From Myxococcota bacterium (GTDB lineage: Bacteria; Myxococcota_A; UBA796; CAJQPC01): 64,000 bases of DNA. Position numbers and translations under genes: made by a program. The number at the start of each line of letters is the position of its first letter. Positions within the stretch are counted from its first letter, which is position 1. The notes under the pieces were generated by a model. That model had not been told where the DNA came from. It made no database searches and saw only the letters and a list, made by a program, of their open reading frames with translations. Positions 1 through 9,626 of the stretch are shown here, in pieces. The stretch spans positions 1 to 64,000 of the forward strand of contig DASCPX010000127.1 in NCBI GenBank assembly GCA_036012755.1. Direction: 5' to 3'.

Positions 1-2
1 TG

Positions 3-3000
3 CTCAACGAGCAACCGGCGGGGGGCGGCCCGATCACCCAGACCGAGCTCGTCGGGGGTCTCACCGTCGCCAACCTCGGCGCCACCTACGCGCTCCACCG
101 ACGCGTGGGTGTCGGCGCCGGGATGCCCGTCTACCTCTCCCAGACCACCGACGGCGATCAGCAGGGTCCGGGCCTGGGCGACGCGCGCCTCTTCGTCCCC
201 GTGGGCATCATCATTCCCGAGGCCGACGGTACGGGGCCCGGGCTGTCCGTGATCCCCCGCTTCGGCGTAGGACTCGGCGACCAGAACCGCTACCTCGGCA
301 CGGAAGGCGTGACCTTCGGCGCCGTGGCTACCGCCGGGTATGGACGGGGCAAGCTGCGCTTCTCTGCCAACGGCGGATTGCTGCTGGACCCCCGGTCCGC
401 CGAGGGCGACGACGACTCGGACACCATCGAGCGCGCGGCGTCCCAGGTGGCCCTGGTCGGTGGAAGCGTCGGCTACCTGCCGACCGACAACATCGGGCTC
501 AGCCTCGAGGCCTTCTGGAAGCCCTCCGTTCCGAGCCACTCGACCGTCCACGAGACCGGCCCCGCCGAGCTGATCGGCAGCGCGCGGGTCGGTCTCCCCA
601 AGAACATGAACCTCGTACTCGGTGGCGCCTCCTCCCTGAACACGGCCGCTGGCGCCGCTCGGTACCGGGTCTTCGCAGGCATCACCTGGGGCCGCCGCGA
701 TCTGGAGGGCCCCGAAGAGGAGCTGGTCCCGGTCGTCAAGAAGGCGGAGACACCCTACGACCTGACCATCACGGCTACCGACCACAGCGGCGAGGGCGTC
801 GACGCCGACATCGTCGTGACCGGAGAGGGCGAGCGCTACGAGACGAACACCGGTCGCGACGGCGAGACCATCCTCAGCCTGCACCCGGGATCCTGGGAGG
901 TCACGCTGTCCTCGCCCGGCAAGGGGACCCAGAGCCGGGACCTGGAGCTCGACGAGGAGCGCTTCGTACCCCCCGAACTCGAAGCCATCCTCCACGAGAG
1001 CGACGGCGAGGGCAGCCTGGAGCTCGTCCTCATCGACCCCGAGTCCCATGGCATCGACGGGGCGCGCGTGTCGATCGACGGCGACAACTACGGCACGACC
1101 ACCAGCGGCGGCACCCTTCGGGTCGAGGGCGTCGCCGAGGGCGACCACACCGTGTCGGTGGACGTGGACGACTTCGAGGACACCGACACCTTCGAGGTCT
1201 CGACCGACGAGACCGAGACCCTCGTGCTCGAGCGCCCTCCCGGCGCGGTCGCGGTGCGCGTGCGCACAGAGGACGGGGGCGTCGTCGGGGACGCCCAGGT
1301 CCGCTTCTTCGGGCCGGATGTCCTCGAGTCCGAGCTCATCGGCCCTACGGGTGAGAAGCAGGTCGTCCTGGAAGAGGGCACCTGGACCGTGGTCGTCTCC
1401 TCCGAGGCCTTCGGCGCCCAGGAGCGGGAGGTGGTCGTGGACCCGCTCCGGAAGGTGCTGCAGGTGGTCGACGTCGTGCTCACGGAGACCCTGGGCTCGG
1501 CGGAGCTGCGCCTCGACGTCATCGACCCCGACGGCCTGCCGGTCCCCGGCGCGCGGGTCGAGCTCGACGGCAAGAGCTTCGGCCGCACCAGCAACGGCGG
1601 CTCGTTCTCGATGTCGGGCCTGACCCCCGGTCCCAAGACCCTCAGGCTCTCCGGTCCTCGCTTCGTGGACACGGAGCCGATCAGCGTCGAGCTGGTGGAC
1701 GGTGTCCGCGAGCTGCTCGTGACGCTGGACTGGAAGCCCGGCACCCTGCAGGTGGTGACCAGGGGGCGGGGCGAGGTGCCAGTCGATGCGAAGGTGCGCT
1801 TCGAGGGCCCCACGGCGATGGACACCCAGTCGGTCGGCCCAGACGGCGAGGCCTTCTTCGCCCTGCCGCCCGGAGACTGGGTCGTCGGAGTCTCGGCCGA
1901 GAGCTTGGGCCTCCAGGTCCGCGAAGTCCACGTCGAGCCGGACGCCACGAGCCTGATCATGATCTCCGCGGTCCTCCGGGAAGAGGCCGGCGACGCCGTC
2001 CTGGCGCTGGACGTCAAGGACCCGAAGGGCAACCCGATCGAGGGCGCGCGCATCGCCTTGGACGGCGAGCTCGTCGGATCCACCTCCACCGGAGGCACCC
2101 TCCGCCTCGAGGGCCTCGCTCCGGGGGAGTCGACCCTGGAGGTGGCCGGCGCCCTCTATGAGTACAAGAGCATCGACCCGGTCTCGCTGGAGTCTGGCGA
2201 CAACGGCCTCGACATCGTGCTCCAGTGGCTCGCCGGGACGGTGAACATCAAGGCCCGGACCTCGGCGGGCGACCCGGTGGACGCCCTGATTCGCGCCTAT
2301 GGCCCAGCAGTGCTGACCCCGGTCCGGGTCGGGCCGGACGGCGAGCGCGTGCTCTACCTCGAGCCTGGCGGCTGGACCGTGGTCGCTTCCAGCGAGATCC
2401 ACGGCATCGAGCAGGAGGACGTAGACGTGGAGCCGGGGCAGGAGTCGCTGGTCAGCGTCGCCTTCGAGCTCGAGGTCCTCGGCGAGGGCGAGCGGGCCTT
2501 CGTCCTCGCGATCCAGAACGTCGACGGAGACCCGATCGGCGGCGCAAGCGTGAAGCTCGGCGGCGCTGACTACACGACCCCCGATGGCGGCACCGTCGTG
2601 CTCGAGGAGGCCCCGGCAGGCGAGGTGGACGTCGCCGTGTCAGCGCCAGGCTACCTGCCGATGTCCGAGACACTCGAGACCGTCGGCGGCAACCAGACGC
2701 GCACCCTGACCCTCGCCTTCGTGGACCAGCCGGTGCAGGTCACGGTCAAGACCGACAAGGGGGAGCCCCTGGCCGCCGACGTCCGCTTCGTAGGTCCAGT
2801 CAAGGTCGACCCGATGGAGGCGGACCAGCAGGGTGTCGCCACAGCCGAGCTTCGTCCGGGCGAGTGGACCGTCGTCGCCCAGGCTCCGGAGCTGGGAGCC
2901 GGTCGCGCGGAGTTCGTCATCGAACCCGGCGTCGCCCCGGCGGCCGTGGAGATCGAGCTCAAGGACACCCGGGTCGAGGTGGTCGAGGGCGAGGTGGTCA

Positions 3001-3350
3001 TCCTCCAGAAGGTCCAGTTCGACACAGGCCGCGCGACGATCAAGGCGGAGTCCCACAACCTGCTCGACGAGGTCGCCAACGTGCTGCTCTTGAACCCGCA
3101 GCTCGTCCGCGTCGAGATCCAGGGCCACACCGACGACGTGGGCACGGACGAGACGAACCTGAAGCTGTCGCAGCGACGCGCCCAGGCCGTGCGGGACTAC
3201 CTCGTCGACAAGGGCGTCAAGAAGGCCCGCCTCGTCGCCGAGGGCTACGGCTCGACGAAGCCGATCGAGAGCAACGACACAGAGGCCGGACGCTCCGCGA
3301 ATCGTCGCGTGCAGTTCGAGATCGTCCAGATCGACGAGTCGAAGGAGTAG
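3..3350 (+). CDS. OmpA-family outer membrane protein (N-terminal beta-barrel, nine Ig/carboxypeptidase-regulatory-like modules, C-terminal OmpA peptidoglycan-binding domain); 5' end outside window
   Basis: Frame open from position 3; barrel-like GLGDARL segment; repeated GARVxxDG..G.T..GG modules; C-terminal VEIQGHTDDVG..NLKLSQRRAQAV..GYGSTKP..NRRVQF OmpA signature. Confidence 0.9.
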   Translation, partial: LNEQPAGGGPITQTELVGGLTVANLGATYALHRRVGVGAGMPVYLSQTTDGDQQGPGLGDARLFVPVGIIIPEADGTGPGLSVIPRFGVGLGDQNRYLGTEGVTFGAVATAGYGRGKLRFSANGGLLLDPRSAEGDDDSDTIERAASQVALVGGSVGYLPTDNIGLSLEAFWKPSVPSHSTVHETGPAELIGSARVGLPKNMNLVLGGASSLNTAAGAARYRVFAGITWGRRDLEGPEEELVPVVKKAETPYDLTITATDHSGEGVDADIVVTGEGERYETNTGRDGETILSLHPGSWEVTLSSPGKGTQSRDLELDEERFVPPELEAILHESDGEGSLELVLIDPESHGIDGARVSIDGDNYGTTTSGGTLRVEGVAEGDHTVSVDVDDFEDTDTFEVSTDETETLVLERPPGAVAVRVRTEDGGVVGDAQVRFFGPDVLESELIGPTGEKQVVLEEGTWTVVVSSEAFGAQEREVVVDPLRKVLQVVDVVLTETLGSAELRLDVIDPDGLPVPGARVELDGKSFGRTSNGGSFSMSGLTPGPKTLRLSGPRFVDTEPISVELVDGVRELLVTLDWKPGTLQVVTRGRGEVPVDAKVRFEGPTAMDTQSVGPDGEAFFALPPGDWVVGVSAESLGLQVREVHVEPDATSLIMISAVLREEAGDAVLALDVKDPKGNPIEGARIALDGELVGSTSTGGTLRLEGLAPGESTLEVAGALYEYKSIDPVSLESGDNGLDIVLQWLAGTVNIKARTSAGDPVDALIRAYGPAVLTPVRVGPDGERVLYLEPGGWTVVASSEIHGIEQEDVDVEPGQESLVSVAFELEVLGEGERAFVLAIQNVDGDPIGGASVKLGGADYTTPDGGTVVLEEAPAGEVDVAVSAPGYLPMSETLETVGGNQTRTLTLAFVDQPVQVTVKTDKGEPLAADVRFVGPVKVDPMEADQQGVATAELRPGEWTVVAQAPELGAGRAEFVIEPGVAPAAVEIELKDTRVEVVEGEVVILQKVQFDTGRATIKAESHNLLDEVANVLLLNPQLVRVEIQGHTDDVGTDETNLKLSQRRAQAVRDYLVDKGVKKARLVAEGYGSTKPIESNDTEAGRSANRRVQFEIVQIDESKE

Positions 3351-3356
3351 CCGACC

Positions 3357-4226
3357 TCAGGTCTCGTCTGCGTCGCGGGCGATCCGCAGGCCGAGGTCCG
3401 CTCCGCGGGTGCCCTTGCGCGCGAGCTCGCGGGCCTTGGCCCAGGACGCCATCGAGGGCTGCTCCCAGCTGCCCGGATGGATGACGCACTCGTCACCGAC
3501 TCGATCCCCGGTCCACTCAGCGACGTTGCCAGCGAGATCGTAGACCCCCTCCGGCGTGCGGTCGCCGCGGAACAAGCCGACGGCGCAGGGCTTTCCGAGG
3601 ACCTCTTCCCGAGTGTTGGCGTTGCCGCTGCCGAAAGGGGCGCCCCACGGATAGGGCCGCTTCTCGACACCGCGCGCCACCTCCATCCGCTCGGAGAAGC
3701 TCAACAGCCTGGCGCCGTGCTTGCAGGCATAGGCGCGGGCCTCGTGCCAGCAGATACCGACCACCGGTTGGTTGGAGACGACGAGGTGGCGGACCGAGTC
3801 CCGCGCGGCCAGCTCCGGCCACAGACGCCGGTTCGTGGAGTCACGCCACGCGAGGCCTTCGTCGTCCCAGACGTCGTCGTCCTCGTAGCCGCCCTCTGCG
3901 ACGAAGGTGCGCCACTCGGCGATCGTCACGGGGAAGCGCCCGACGAGCACGTCGCCGAAATCCAGCGGCACGAGCGCCCAGTAGTCCTCGGACTCGGGGC
4001 TCACGATGCGGGGATCGCCCAGCCGGCCGAGGGCCTCGCCGACGATCATCCGCAGCTGCGCGCTGCCCGCGTGGCCATCGACGACCTCGAGCATGGCCGC
4101 GATGGTGCGGTCGATACCGTCGGGCTTCTCGCCCGCAGCGGCGGCCTGGGTCAACTGATCCGCAAGGCGGACGAGGGCCTGCAGCCTGTCGTCTCCAGCG
4201 AGGTTCAGGGCGGAGTCCAGATTCAC
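3357..4226 (-). CDS. SUMF1/FGE-sulfatase domain protein
   Basis: FPVTIAEW, QPVVGICWHEA, YPWG, GVYDLAGNVAEW, LGLRIAR motifs; start inferred at GTG 4226 because the longer ORF overlaps the epimerase. Confidence 0.85.
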   Translation of the reverse strand: MNLDSALNLAGDDRLQALVRLADQLTQAAAAGEKPDGIDRTIAAMLEVVDGHAGSAQLRMIVGEALGRLGDPRIVSPESEDYWALVPLDFGDVLVGRFPVTIAEWRTFVAEGGYEDDDVWDDEGLAWRDSTNRRLWPELAARDSVRHLVVSNQPVVGICWHEARAYACKHGARLLSFSERMEVARGVEKRPYPWGAPFGSGNANTREEVLGKPCAVGLFRGDRTPEGVYDLAGNVAEWTGDRVGDECVIHPGSWEQPSMASWAKARELARKGTRGADLGLRIARDADET

Positions 4227-4260
4227 GGCAAGCGCTCCGGGATGAGGGACCTCTGAACCC

Positions 4261-5175
4261 CTAACTGCCCTTGTCCGCTCGATGCACGCCGCCGGTCGCT
4301 TCGAGCAGCTCCCGGAGACCCTCTTCGAGCTCGATCCTGGGGCTCCAACCGAGGTGCCGACGGGCCCTGCGTACGTCCGCCACGCTCTTTCGGAGATCGT
4401 GCTCCCGCCCGCCGACGCGGCGAACTCCGGGGCTTCCGAACAGAACACCGATCGCGTCCGCCAGCTCGCGAATCGAGGTCGCGCGGCCAGAGCCGATGTT
4501 GACCGTGCCGGCGCTGCGCCGGAGAGCCAGGACATTCGCTCGTGCCACGTCCTCCACGTGGATGAAGTCCCTGAGCTGCTCCCCGTCCCCCTCGATCTCG
4601 AACGGAAGGCCCGCGCGAGCCCGCAGCACGAAGCGCGGGACCACCGAGTTCGCCGAGGCCCCCGGGCCGAAGACGTTGAAGTAGCGAAGCAGCCCGACGT
4701 GCACGCCGCGGTGGGCATAGACCCGCCCCAGGGCCTCCATCCCCACCTTGCTCGCGGCGTAGGGCGAGCGCGGGTCGAAGGGATCCTCTTCGCGCAGCGG
4801 GCGGGACCCGCCCTCGCCGTAGACCGCGGCGCTGCTGGCCAACACCACCCTGCGCACCCCGGCGCCCCAGGCGGCGTCGAGGATGGACGCGGTGCCACCG
4901 TCGTTGACCGAGTCGAAGCGCACCGGCTCGACGAATGACTCGGGTACGGCGGAGAGCGCTGCGAGATGAACCAGGGCGTCGCAGCCCTGGACGGCCCGAC
5001 GACAGGCCAGCTGGTCGCGAACGTCCCCGTGGTGGAAGACGACGTCCTCGCGAAGCACGTCGCGCCGCCCGGTGCTGAGGTCGTCCAGCACCACGACATC
5101 GTGACCCTCCGCCAGCAAGAGCCGCACGGTGGCGGCGCCCACGAAACCCGCACCCCCACTGACCAGGACACGCAT
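4261..5175 (-). CDS. NAD-dependent epimerase/dehydratase (GalE-like extended SDR)
   Basis: GGAGFVG Rossmann motif, HLAA, SSAAVYG, YAASK, RYFNVFGP, GDGEQLRDFIHV. Confidence 0.93.
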   Translation of the reverse strand: MRVLVSGGAGFVGAATVRLLLAEGHDVVVLDDLSTGRRDVLREDVVFHHGDVRDQLACRRAVQGCDALVHLAALSAVPESFVEPVRFDSVNDGGTASILDAAWGAGVRRVVLASSAAVYGEGGSRPLREEDPFDPRSPYAASKVGMEALGRVYAHRGVHVGLLRYFNVFGPGASANSVVPRFVLRARAGLPFEIEGDGEQLRDFIHVEDVARANVLALRRSAGTVNIGSGRATSIRELADAIGVLFGSPGVRRVGGREHDLRKSVADVRRARRHLGWSPRIELEEGLRELLEATGGVHRADKGS

Positions 5176-5182
5176 GCCCCTG

Positions 5183-5203
5183 ATCGTACACGGGGGCTAC
5201 CAT
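5183..5203. promoter_or_regulatory. Back-to-back -10 boxes for two divergent, probably leaderless genes
   Basis: TACGAT (minus, 5188-5183) and TACCAT (plus, 5198-5203), each 7 nt before an ATG, in a 35-bp intergenic gap. Confidence 0.55.
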
Positions 5204-5210
5204 CGCCGGT

Positions 5211-5843
5211 ATGACCCGACTCTTGCTCCTTGCGACCACCGCGACGGCGTCGGATGATCTGGGCACGATCGAGGGCTTGCGCGACCCCCCCGACTGGGTC
5301 TGGAGCCTGGCGCTGCGGGGCGAAGCCGCGATCCCCCTGGGCGGAACCGGCGCAGCCTGGGGTCCAGGGCCTGGGGTTGGCCTCAGCGTGGAGCGCCGTA
5401 CGCGACCGGGGCTCGGCGTGTGGGTCGAGACCCAGGGTACGAGCCACCGGCTCCAGCGGCCCGAGCGCCTCGTCGACGGCGCCACGACCGCACCACTGGC
5501 GGGCAGCGAGCAGCAGGGCGCCGCGAGGGTGGGCCTGCGGTGGGGCGCCGAGGGGCACCCGGTCCTGACACCGACCTTCGGCCTCGGGCTCGGTGTCGTC
5601 TGGGTGCACACCCGACTGGAGGCGCCGAGTTCGGAGGGCCGGTCGTCCCTCGTCCAGGACATCGCGTGGCCCTCCCCCCGCGCCGAGTTCGCCCTGGCCA
5701 TCGCGCTGTTCGAGCCCATCGCCATCCGACCCTCGATCGGCGGCTCGGTGTTCGTCGGGATGGACGTCGGGGAACGAGGCGGGGACGCGGTCTTCGCGGT
5801 CTGGCGAGCCGAGGGCGCGCTCGATCTCGTCGTCAGGATCTGA
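5211..5843 (+). CDS. Hypothetical exported protein, probable small outer-membrane beta-barrel
   Basis: Short signal-like N-terminus; alternating amphipathic strands; stop overlaps next ATG. Confidence 0.55.
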   Translation: MTRLLLLATTATASDDLGTIEGLRDPPDWVWSLALRGEAAIPLGGTGAAWGPGPGVGLSVERRTRPGLGVWVETQGTSHRLQRPERLVDGATTAPLAGSEQQGAARVGLRWGAEGHPVLTPTFGLGLGVVWVHTRLEAPSSEGRSSLVQDIAWPSPRAEFALAIALFEPIAIRPSIGGSVFVGMDVGERGGDAVFAVWRAEGALDLVVRI

Positions 5844-7243
5844 TGCGCTCGACCGGGACCGTGCTCGCCTGGAGCGTGGTCGGTGTGGCCTTCCTCTACA
5901 CCGGCTCGCTCCCGGTCACGACCAACGACCTCCACATCTACCTCTCCATGGGCCGGTGGATGGTCGAGCACGGCGCGCTGTTGGAGCACGAGGTCTTCAC
6001 CTGGACAGCCGGAGGCACGCCCTTCGTCAACGGGACCTGGGGCTTCTCCCTGCTCTCCTACCTGCTCCACGAGGCCGTCGGCCTGTACGGGCTGCGCCTG
6101 CTCAACGGAGTCGCCGTCGCGCTGGCCGTGCTGTTCGTGATCCGGGCCTGCCTCGCCCGCGGGATCGACCGCCGGGCCGCCGCCGTCGCCGGCTTCGTCG
6201 CCTGGGCGCTGGTGCTGCAGAACACGGTGGTGCGCGGCCAGACCTGGGTCTTCCCGATCTTCGCGGGCCTGGTCTGGTTGGCGGCGCGACCGCGTCATCC
6301 GGCGCTCGCCCTGTTCGCCGGGGTGCTGGGGGGCGCTCTCTGGGCGCCGCTGCACGGCAGCTTCGGCGCGGGCGTCGTCTTCTTCGCCCTCGCCGGACTC
6401 GGGGCGGCGCTGGACGATCGACCCGGACGGGAGATCGCCACCCCATGGCTCATCTGCATCGGCGTCGCGATCGGTGCCTGCCTGGGTCCCTACGGGCCCG
6501 CCATCTGGCTCTACGTACTCGACAACAGCGCGCTCCCCAGAGAGCGGGACTTCGTCGAGTGGTACCCGCCGGACCCCAGCACCTTCGAGGGCATGCGCTT
6601 CCTGGTCGTGCTCGGAGGCTGGTGGATCCTGGCCGGCCTGCAACGACGCCGGCGTCCCTGGGCAGATCTGCTGATCCTGCTCGCCTTCGGTCTCCTCGGG
6701 CTCAGCGGGACCCGCTTCATCGCCTGGTTCGGCCTCGCCACCGCTCCCGCCCTTGCCCAGCGGCTCGGGGAGTCGATGGGCCCGGACCGTGGAAACAGGC
6801 TGCTCGGTCCCCTCGGCATCGTGCTCGGCGCCGCTTGGCTCGTCTTCATCGCACGACTCGTCCAGCCACTCCCGCAGCCGCTCCACCGGGACACGCCGGT
6901 CGAGCTGGTCGCAGCCCTGTCCGAACGCGGCGTCCAGAGACTGTTCAACGCCCCGGAGTACGGCGGCTACCTGAACTGGACGATGCCCTCGGCGAAGACC
7001 TCGATGGACATCCGGACCTGGATCTTCGACGACCCCACCTTCCACGCCTACATCCTCACGTCACGGGCTGAACAGCGCTGGGAGGAGGGGCTGGCAGAGG
7101 TCGACGGGATGCTGCTGTTGGAGGCCTTCCACGGGCAGACGCTGATCCCCGCCGCCACTTCGTCGCCGTGCTGGGAGCTGCTCCTGCGCGATGATCGCGG
7201 CGCGGCCTTCGCGAGAACCGCTGGCCCGCCGGAGTGTCCGTGA
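5843..7243 (+). CDS. Polytopic membrane protein, GT-C-fold glycosyltransferase-like
   Basis: NDLHIYLSMGRWM..FTWT..GTPFVNGTW loop after TM1, RGQTW, LWAPLHGSF, VEWYPP, FNAPEYGGYL; many hydrophobic segments; start ATG 5843. Confidence 0.65.
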   Translation: MRSTGTVLAWSVVGVAFLYTGSLPVTTNDLHIYLSMGRWMVEHGALLEHEVFTWTAGGTPFVNGTWGFSLLSYLLHEAVGLYGLRLLNGVAVALAVLFVIRACLARGIDRRAAAVAGFVAWALVLQNTVVRGQTWVFPIFAGLVWLAARPRHPALALFAGVLGGALWAPLHGSFGAGVVFFALAGLGAALDDRPGREIATPWLICIGVAIGACLGPYGPAIWLYVLDNSALPRERDFVEWYPPDPSTFEGMRFLVVLGGWWILAGLQRRRRPWADLLILLAFGLLGLSGTRFIAWFGLATAPALAQRLGESMGPDRGNRLLGPLGIVLGAAWLVFIARLVQPLPQPLHRDTPVELVAALSERGVQRLFNAPEYGGYLNWTMPSAKTSMDIRTWIFDDPTFHAYILTSRAEQRWEEGLAEVDGMLLLEAFHGQTLIPAATSSPCWELLLRDDRGAAFARTAGPPECP

Positions 7244-7250
7244 CGAAGGT

Positions 7251-7973
7251 ATGCGCATGAGCAATGTCTGGGACGACCTCAAGGACAGGGCCGATGACCG
7301 CCTCGAGACCGATCTGCTCCCGGCGATCTACGCCGCCGCCAGTCTCGAGACGGAGGAGGTCCGCGATGATCTTCGCGCGGCCGGAGTCCCCTTCGTCGAG
7401 ATGGGCTGCCACCCGACGGTCGAGGAGCTGGGCCTCGCCGCCGACGCCCTCATCGCGCTGGCCCGCCGTGAGGCCACCGCCATCGGCGCCGCCGGTGGGG
7501 CCGCCGGCGCCATCGGAGTGCCTCCGGAGGCGCTGGCCAGTGTCATCCATGTCCTGCGCCTCGCGCAGCGCCTCTGCGTGCTCTACGGCCACGACCCCGA
7601 GCAGGCGCGCGGCTATGTCGTGATGTGGAAGACGGTCGCAGCCGCCTGGCAGATCGAGCTGCCAGAGGAAATGGAGCTGCGGGTCAAGGACCTCCCGTCG
7701 ACAGCGGCTTCACAGCTCCCGGCGTCCAAGGAGATGGCGGCCTGGATCGCCCGAAAGGTCGCCACCCGAGCCGTCTGGAGCGTGCTGGGCAAGGGCATTC
7801 GCTGGATCCCCGGCATGGCGACCGGAATCTCCGCCTACGCGGCGAATCGCCGGATGAAGAGCCAGGGCCGGCGCATGAAGGCGTTGCTTCAGGACATGGC
7901 GAGGGACGCGGCCCCCCGCCTCCTGCCAGCTCCGCCCGTCGAGGAAGCCGAAGTGGTCGAAGACGATCAGTGA
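7251..7973 (+). CDS. EcsC family protein
   Basis: ATAIGAAGGAAGAIG..LCVLYGHDP..KGIRWIPGMATGISA pattern. Confidence 0.65.
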   Translation: MRMSNVWDDLKDRADDRLETDLLPAIYAAASLETEEVRDDLRAAGVPFVEMGCHPTVEELGLAADALIALARREATAIGAAGGAAGAIGVPPEALASVIHVLRLAQRLCVLYGHDPEQARGYVVMWKTVAAAWQIELPEEMELRVKDLPSTAASQLPASKEMAAWIARKVATRAVWSVLGKGIRWIPGMATGISAYAANRRMKSQGRRMKALLQDMARDAAPRLLPAPPVEEAEVVEDDQ

Positions 7974-8009
7974 CCTCGTTAGGGGAGCCTTGACTCGCTT
8001 CGAGGATCC

Positions 8010-8891
8010 ATGGGCGTCGTCCGAGACATGCTCCGCTTCGCGCCGCTGAGCGTCGGCGAGGAGGTGCCACCTCTGTCGCTGACAGCGGACGAGGGGACCT
8101 GGGTCAAGATCCGGGACTTCCGCGGAAACCTCAACGTGGTCCTCGTCTTCTTTCGCGACGAGAGCGCCAGCACAGAGGCCTACTTCAAGGCCATCGACGC
8201 CGAGAGGACCCGCTTCGAGACACTGGATGCCGTCGTCTACGGCATCAACACCGCGCCGACGGACCGCCTCCGGGACCTCAGAGCGCACCTGCGCGTCGAC
8301 GTCCACTTCCTCTACGACACCCTCGCGCTGACGGCTCGGGCCTTCGGCGTGAGTCGCAGGGTGCGCCCGCTCTGCCGCGACGCCGTGTACGTCGTGGACA
8401 AGGGCAACCGGGTCCTGCTCGCCGAGACCGAGCACGTCGACGTCGAGCGCGTCCTGGCCAGCCTCGCCGAGGCAGAGGGCCGGGACCTGCCAGTCGAGGG
8501 CGCCGCCGACACCACCGGTGACCAGCGCGGCAGCTTCGTCCGGGATCCCGGACGAGGCCCCGCCTCGGTCGTGGACTGCGACTCTGTCGAGGCCGAGGAG
8601 CTCATCACTGCCGCCGACAGCCCCTACAAGCTCGTCGACGTGCGAACGAAGTCCGAGTTCGACGCCGACCACAGCATCCACGCCGTCCACATCCCAGTGG
8701 ACGAGCTCCCCCACCGCTGGAGAGAGCTCGGGCAGCAGAACCACCTCGTCTTCGTGTGCCAGGGTGGAGACCGGAGCGCCGCCGCGGCAGAGTTCATGAC
8801 CAGCGTGGGAGCCCATCGGATCTACAACGTGCTCGACGGAATGAGCTCCTGGATGGGCCCACGTCAGCGCACGCCGGTGGAGAAGCAGTAG
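8010..8891 (+). CDS. AhpC/TSA(BCP)-like redoxin domain fused to rhodanese
   Basis: LSVGEEVPPLSL..VVLVFF..VYGIN..ARAFGV..VYVVDK; C-terminal LVDVRT..EF..HSIHAVHIP..VCQGGDRS..NVLDGMSSW. Confidence 0.85.
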   Translation: MGVVRDMLRFAPLSVGEEVPPLSLTADEGTWVKIRDFRGNLNVVLVFFRDESASTEAYFKAIDAERTRFETLDAVVYGINTAPTDRLRDLRAHLRVDVHFLYDTLALTARAFGVSRRVRPLCRDAVYVVDKGNRVLLAETEHVDVERVLASLAEAEGRDLPVEGAADTTGDQRGSFVRDPGRGPASVVDCDSVEAEELITAADSPYKLVDVRTKSEFDADHSIHAVHIPVDELPHRWRELGQQNHLVFVCQGGDRSAAAAEFMTSVGAHRIYNVLDGMSSWMGPRQRTPVEKQ

Positions 8892-9623
8892 GTGGACTCC
8901 GTGATCTGGGCCTACGTAGCCGCCACCCCCGCCGCCACCAGCCCCTCCATGACCGACCTCTTCCTCGAGGCGGACTTCGTCGTCCAGCTCACGCTGCTCG
9001 TCCTCGTCGTGATGTCGGTGGCCTGCTGGGTCATCATCATCAACAAGGCGATGTTGCTGCGGGCGGCGACCAACCAGTCGGCGGAGTTCCTCGACCTCTT
9101 CTGGCAGAGCCGCGCCCTGGACAAGGTCTACGAGAAGGCCGGGCGCTACGGAAGCTCCCCCATCGCAGAGGTCTTCAAGGCTGGCTACGTCGAGCTCCAC
9201 AAGCTCACCAGCGCCCAGAGGGAGAAGACGGACGGGCCGAACGTGATGGACCTGGGCGGGATCGACAACCTCGCCCGCTCCCTCCGGCGAGCGGCCAGCG
9301 TGGAGCTCACGGCGCTCGAGCGGCTCATCCCGGTCCTGGCGACGACCGGTTCGACCGCGCCCTTCATCGGGCTCTTCGGGACCGTGTGGGGGATCCTGCG
9401 CGCCTTTCAGAAGATCGGAGAGACGGGCAGCGCGTCGATCCAGGTCGTCGGACCGGACATCGCGCACGCGCTGGTGGCGACGGCGGTCGGCCTCGCCGCG
9501 GCCATCCCGGCGGTCATCGCGTACAACTTCTTCAACGCCCGCATTCGCGTGCTGGCCTCCGAGATGGACAACTTCAGCTCGGACTTCCTGAACATCGTCA
9601 AGCGCCACTTCGCGCGAGGTTGA
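8892..9623 (+). CDS. tolQ: TolQ (MotA/TolQ/ExbB proton channel)
   Basis: LATTGSTAPFIGLFGTVWGI..IAHALVATAVGLAAAIPAVIAYN. Confidence 0.95.
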   Translation: MDSVIWAYVAATPAATSPSMTDLFLEADFVVQLTLLVLVVMSVACWVIIINKAMLLRAATNQSAEFLDLFWQSRALDKVYEKAGRYGSSPIAEVFKAGYVELHKLTSAQREKTDGPNVMDLGGIDNLARSLRRAASVELTALERLIPVLATTGSTAPFIGLFGTVWGILRAFQKIGETGSASIQVVGPDIAHALVATAVGLAAAIPAVIAYNFFNARIRVLASEMDNFSSDFLNIVKRHFARG

Positions 9624-9626
9624 GCC

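Noticed and set aside
3357..4226. Active formylglycine-generating enzyme serving the sulfatase-like gene
   Set aside because: Lacks the catalytic Cys pair region, and the sulfatase-like protein lacks the CxPxR target motif.
8130..8190. Selenocysteine recoding at the missing peroxidatic Cys
   Set aside because: No in-frame TGA in this segment.
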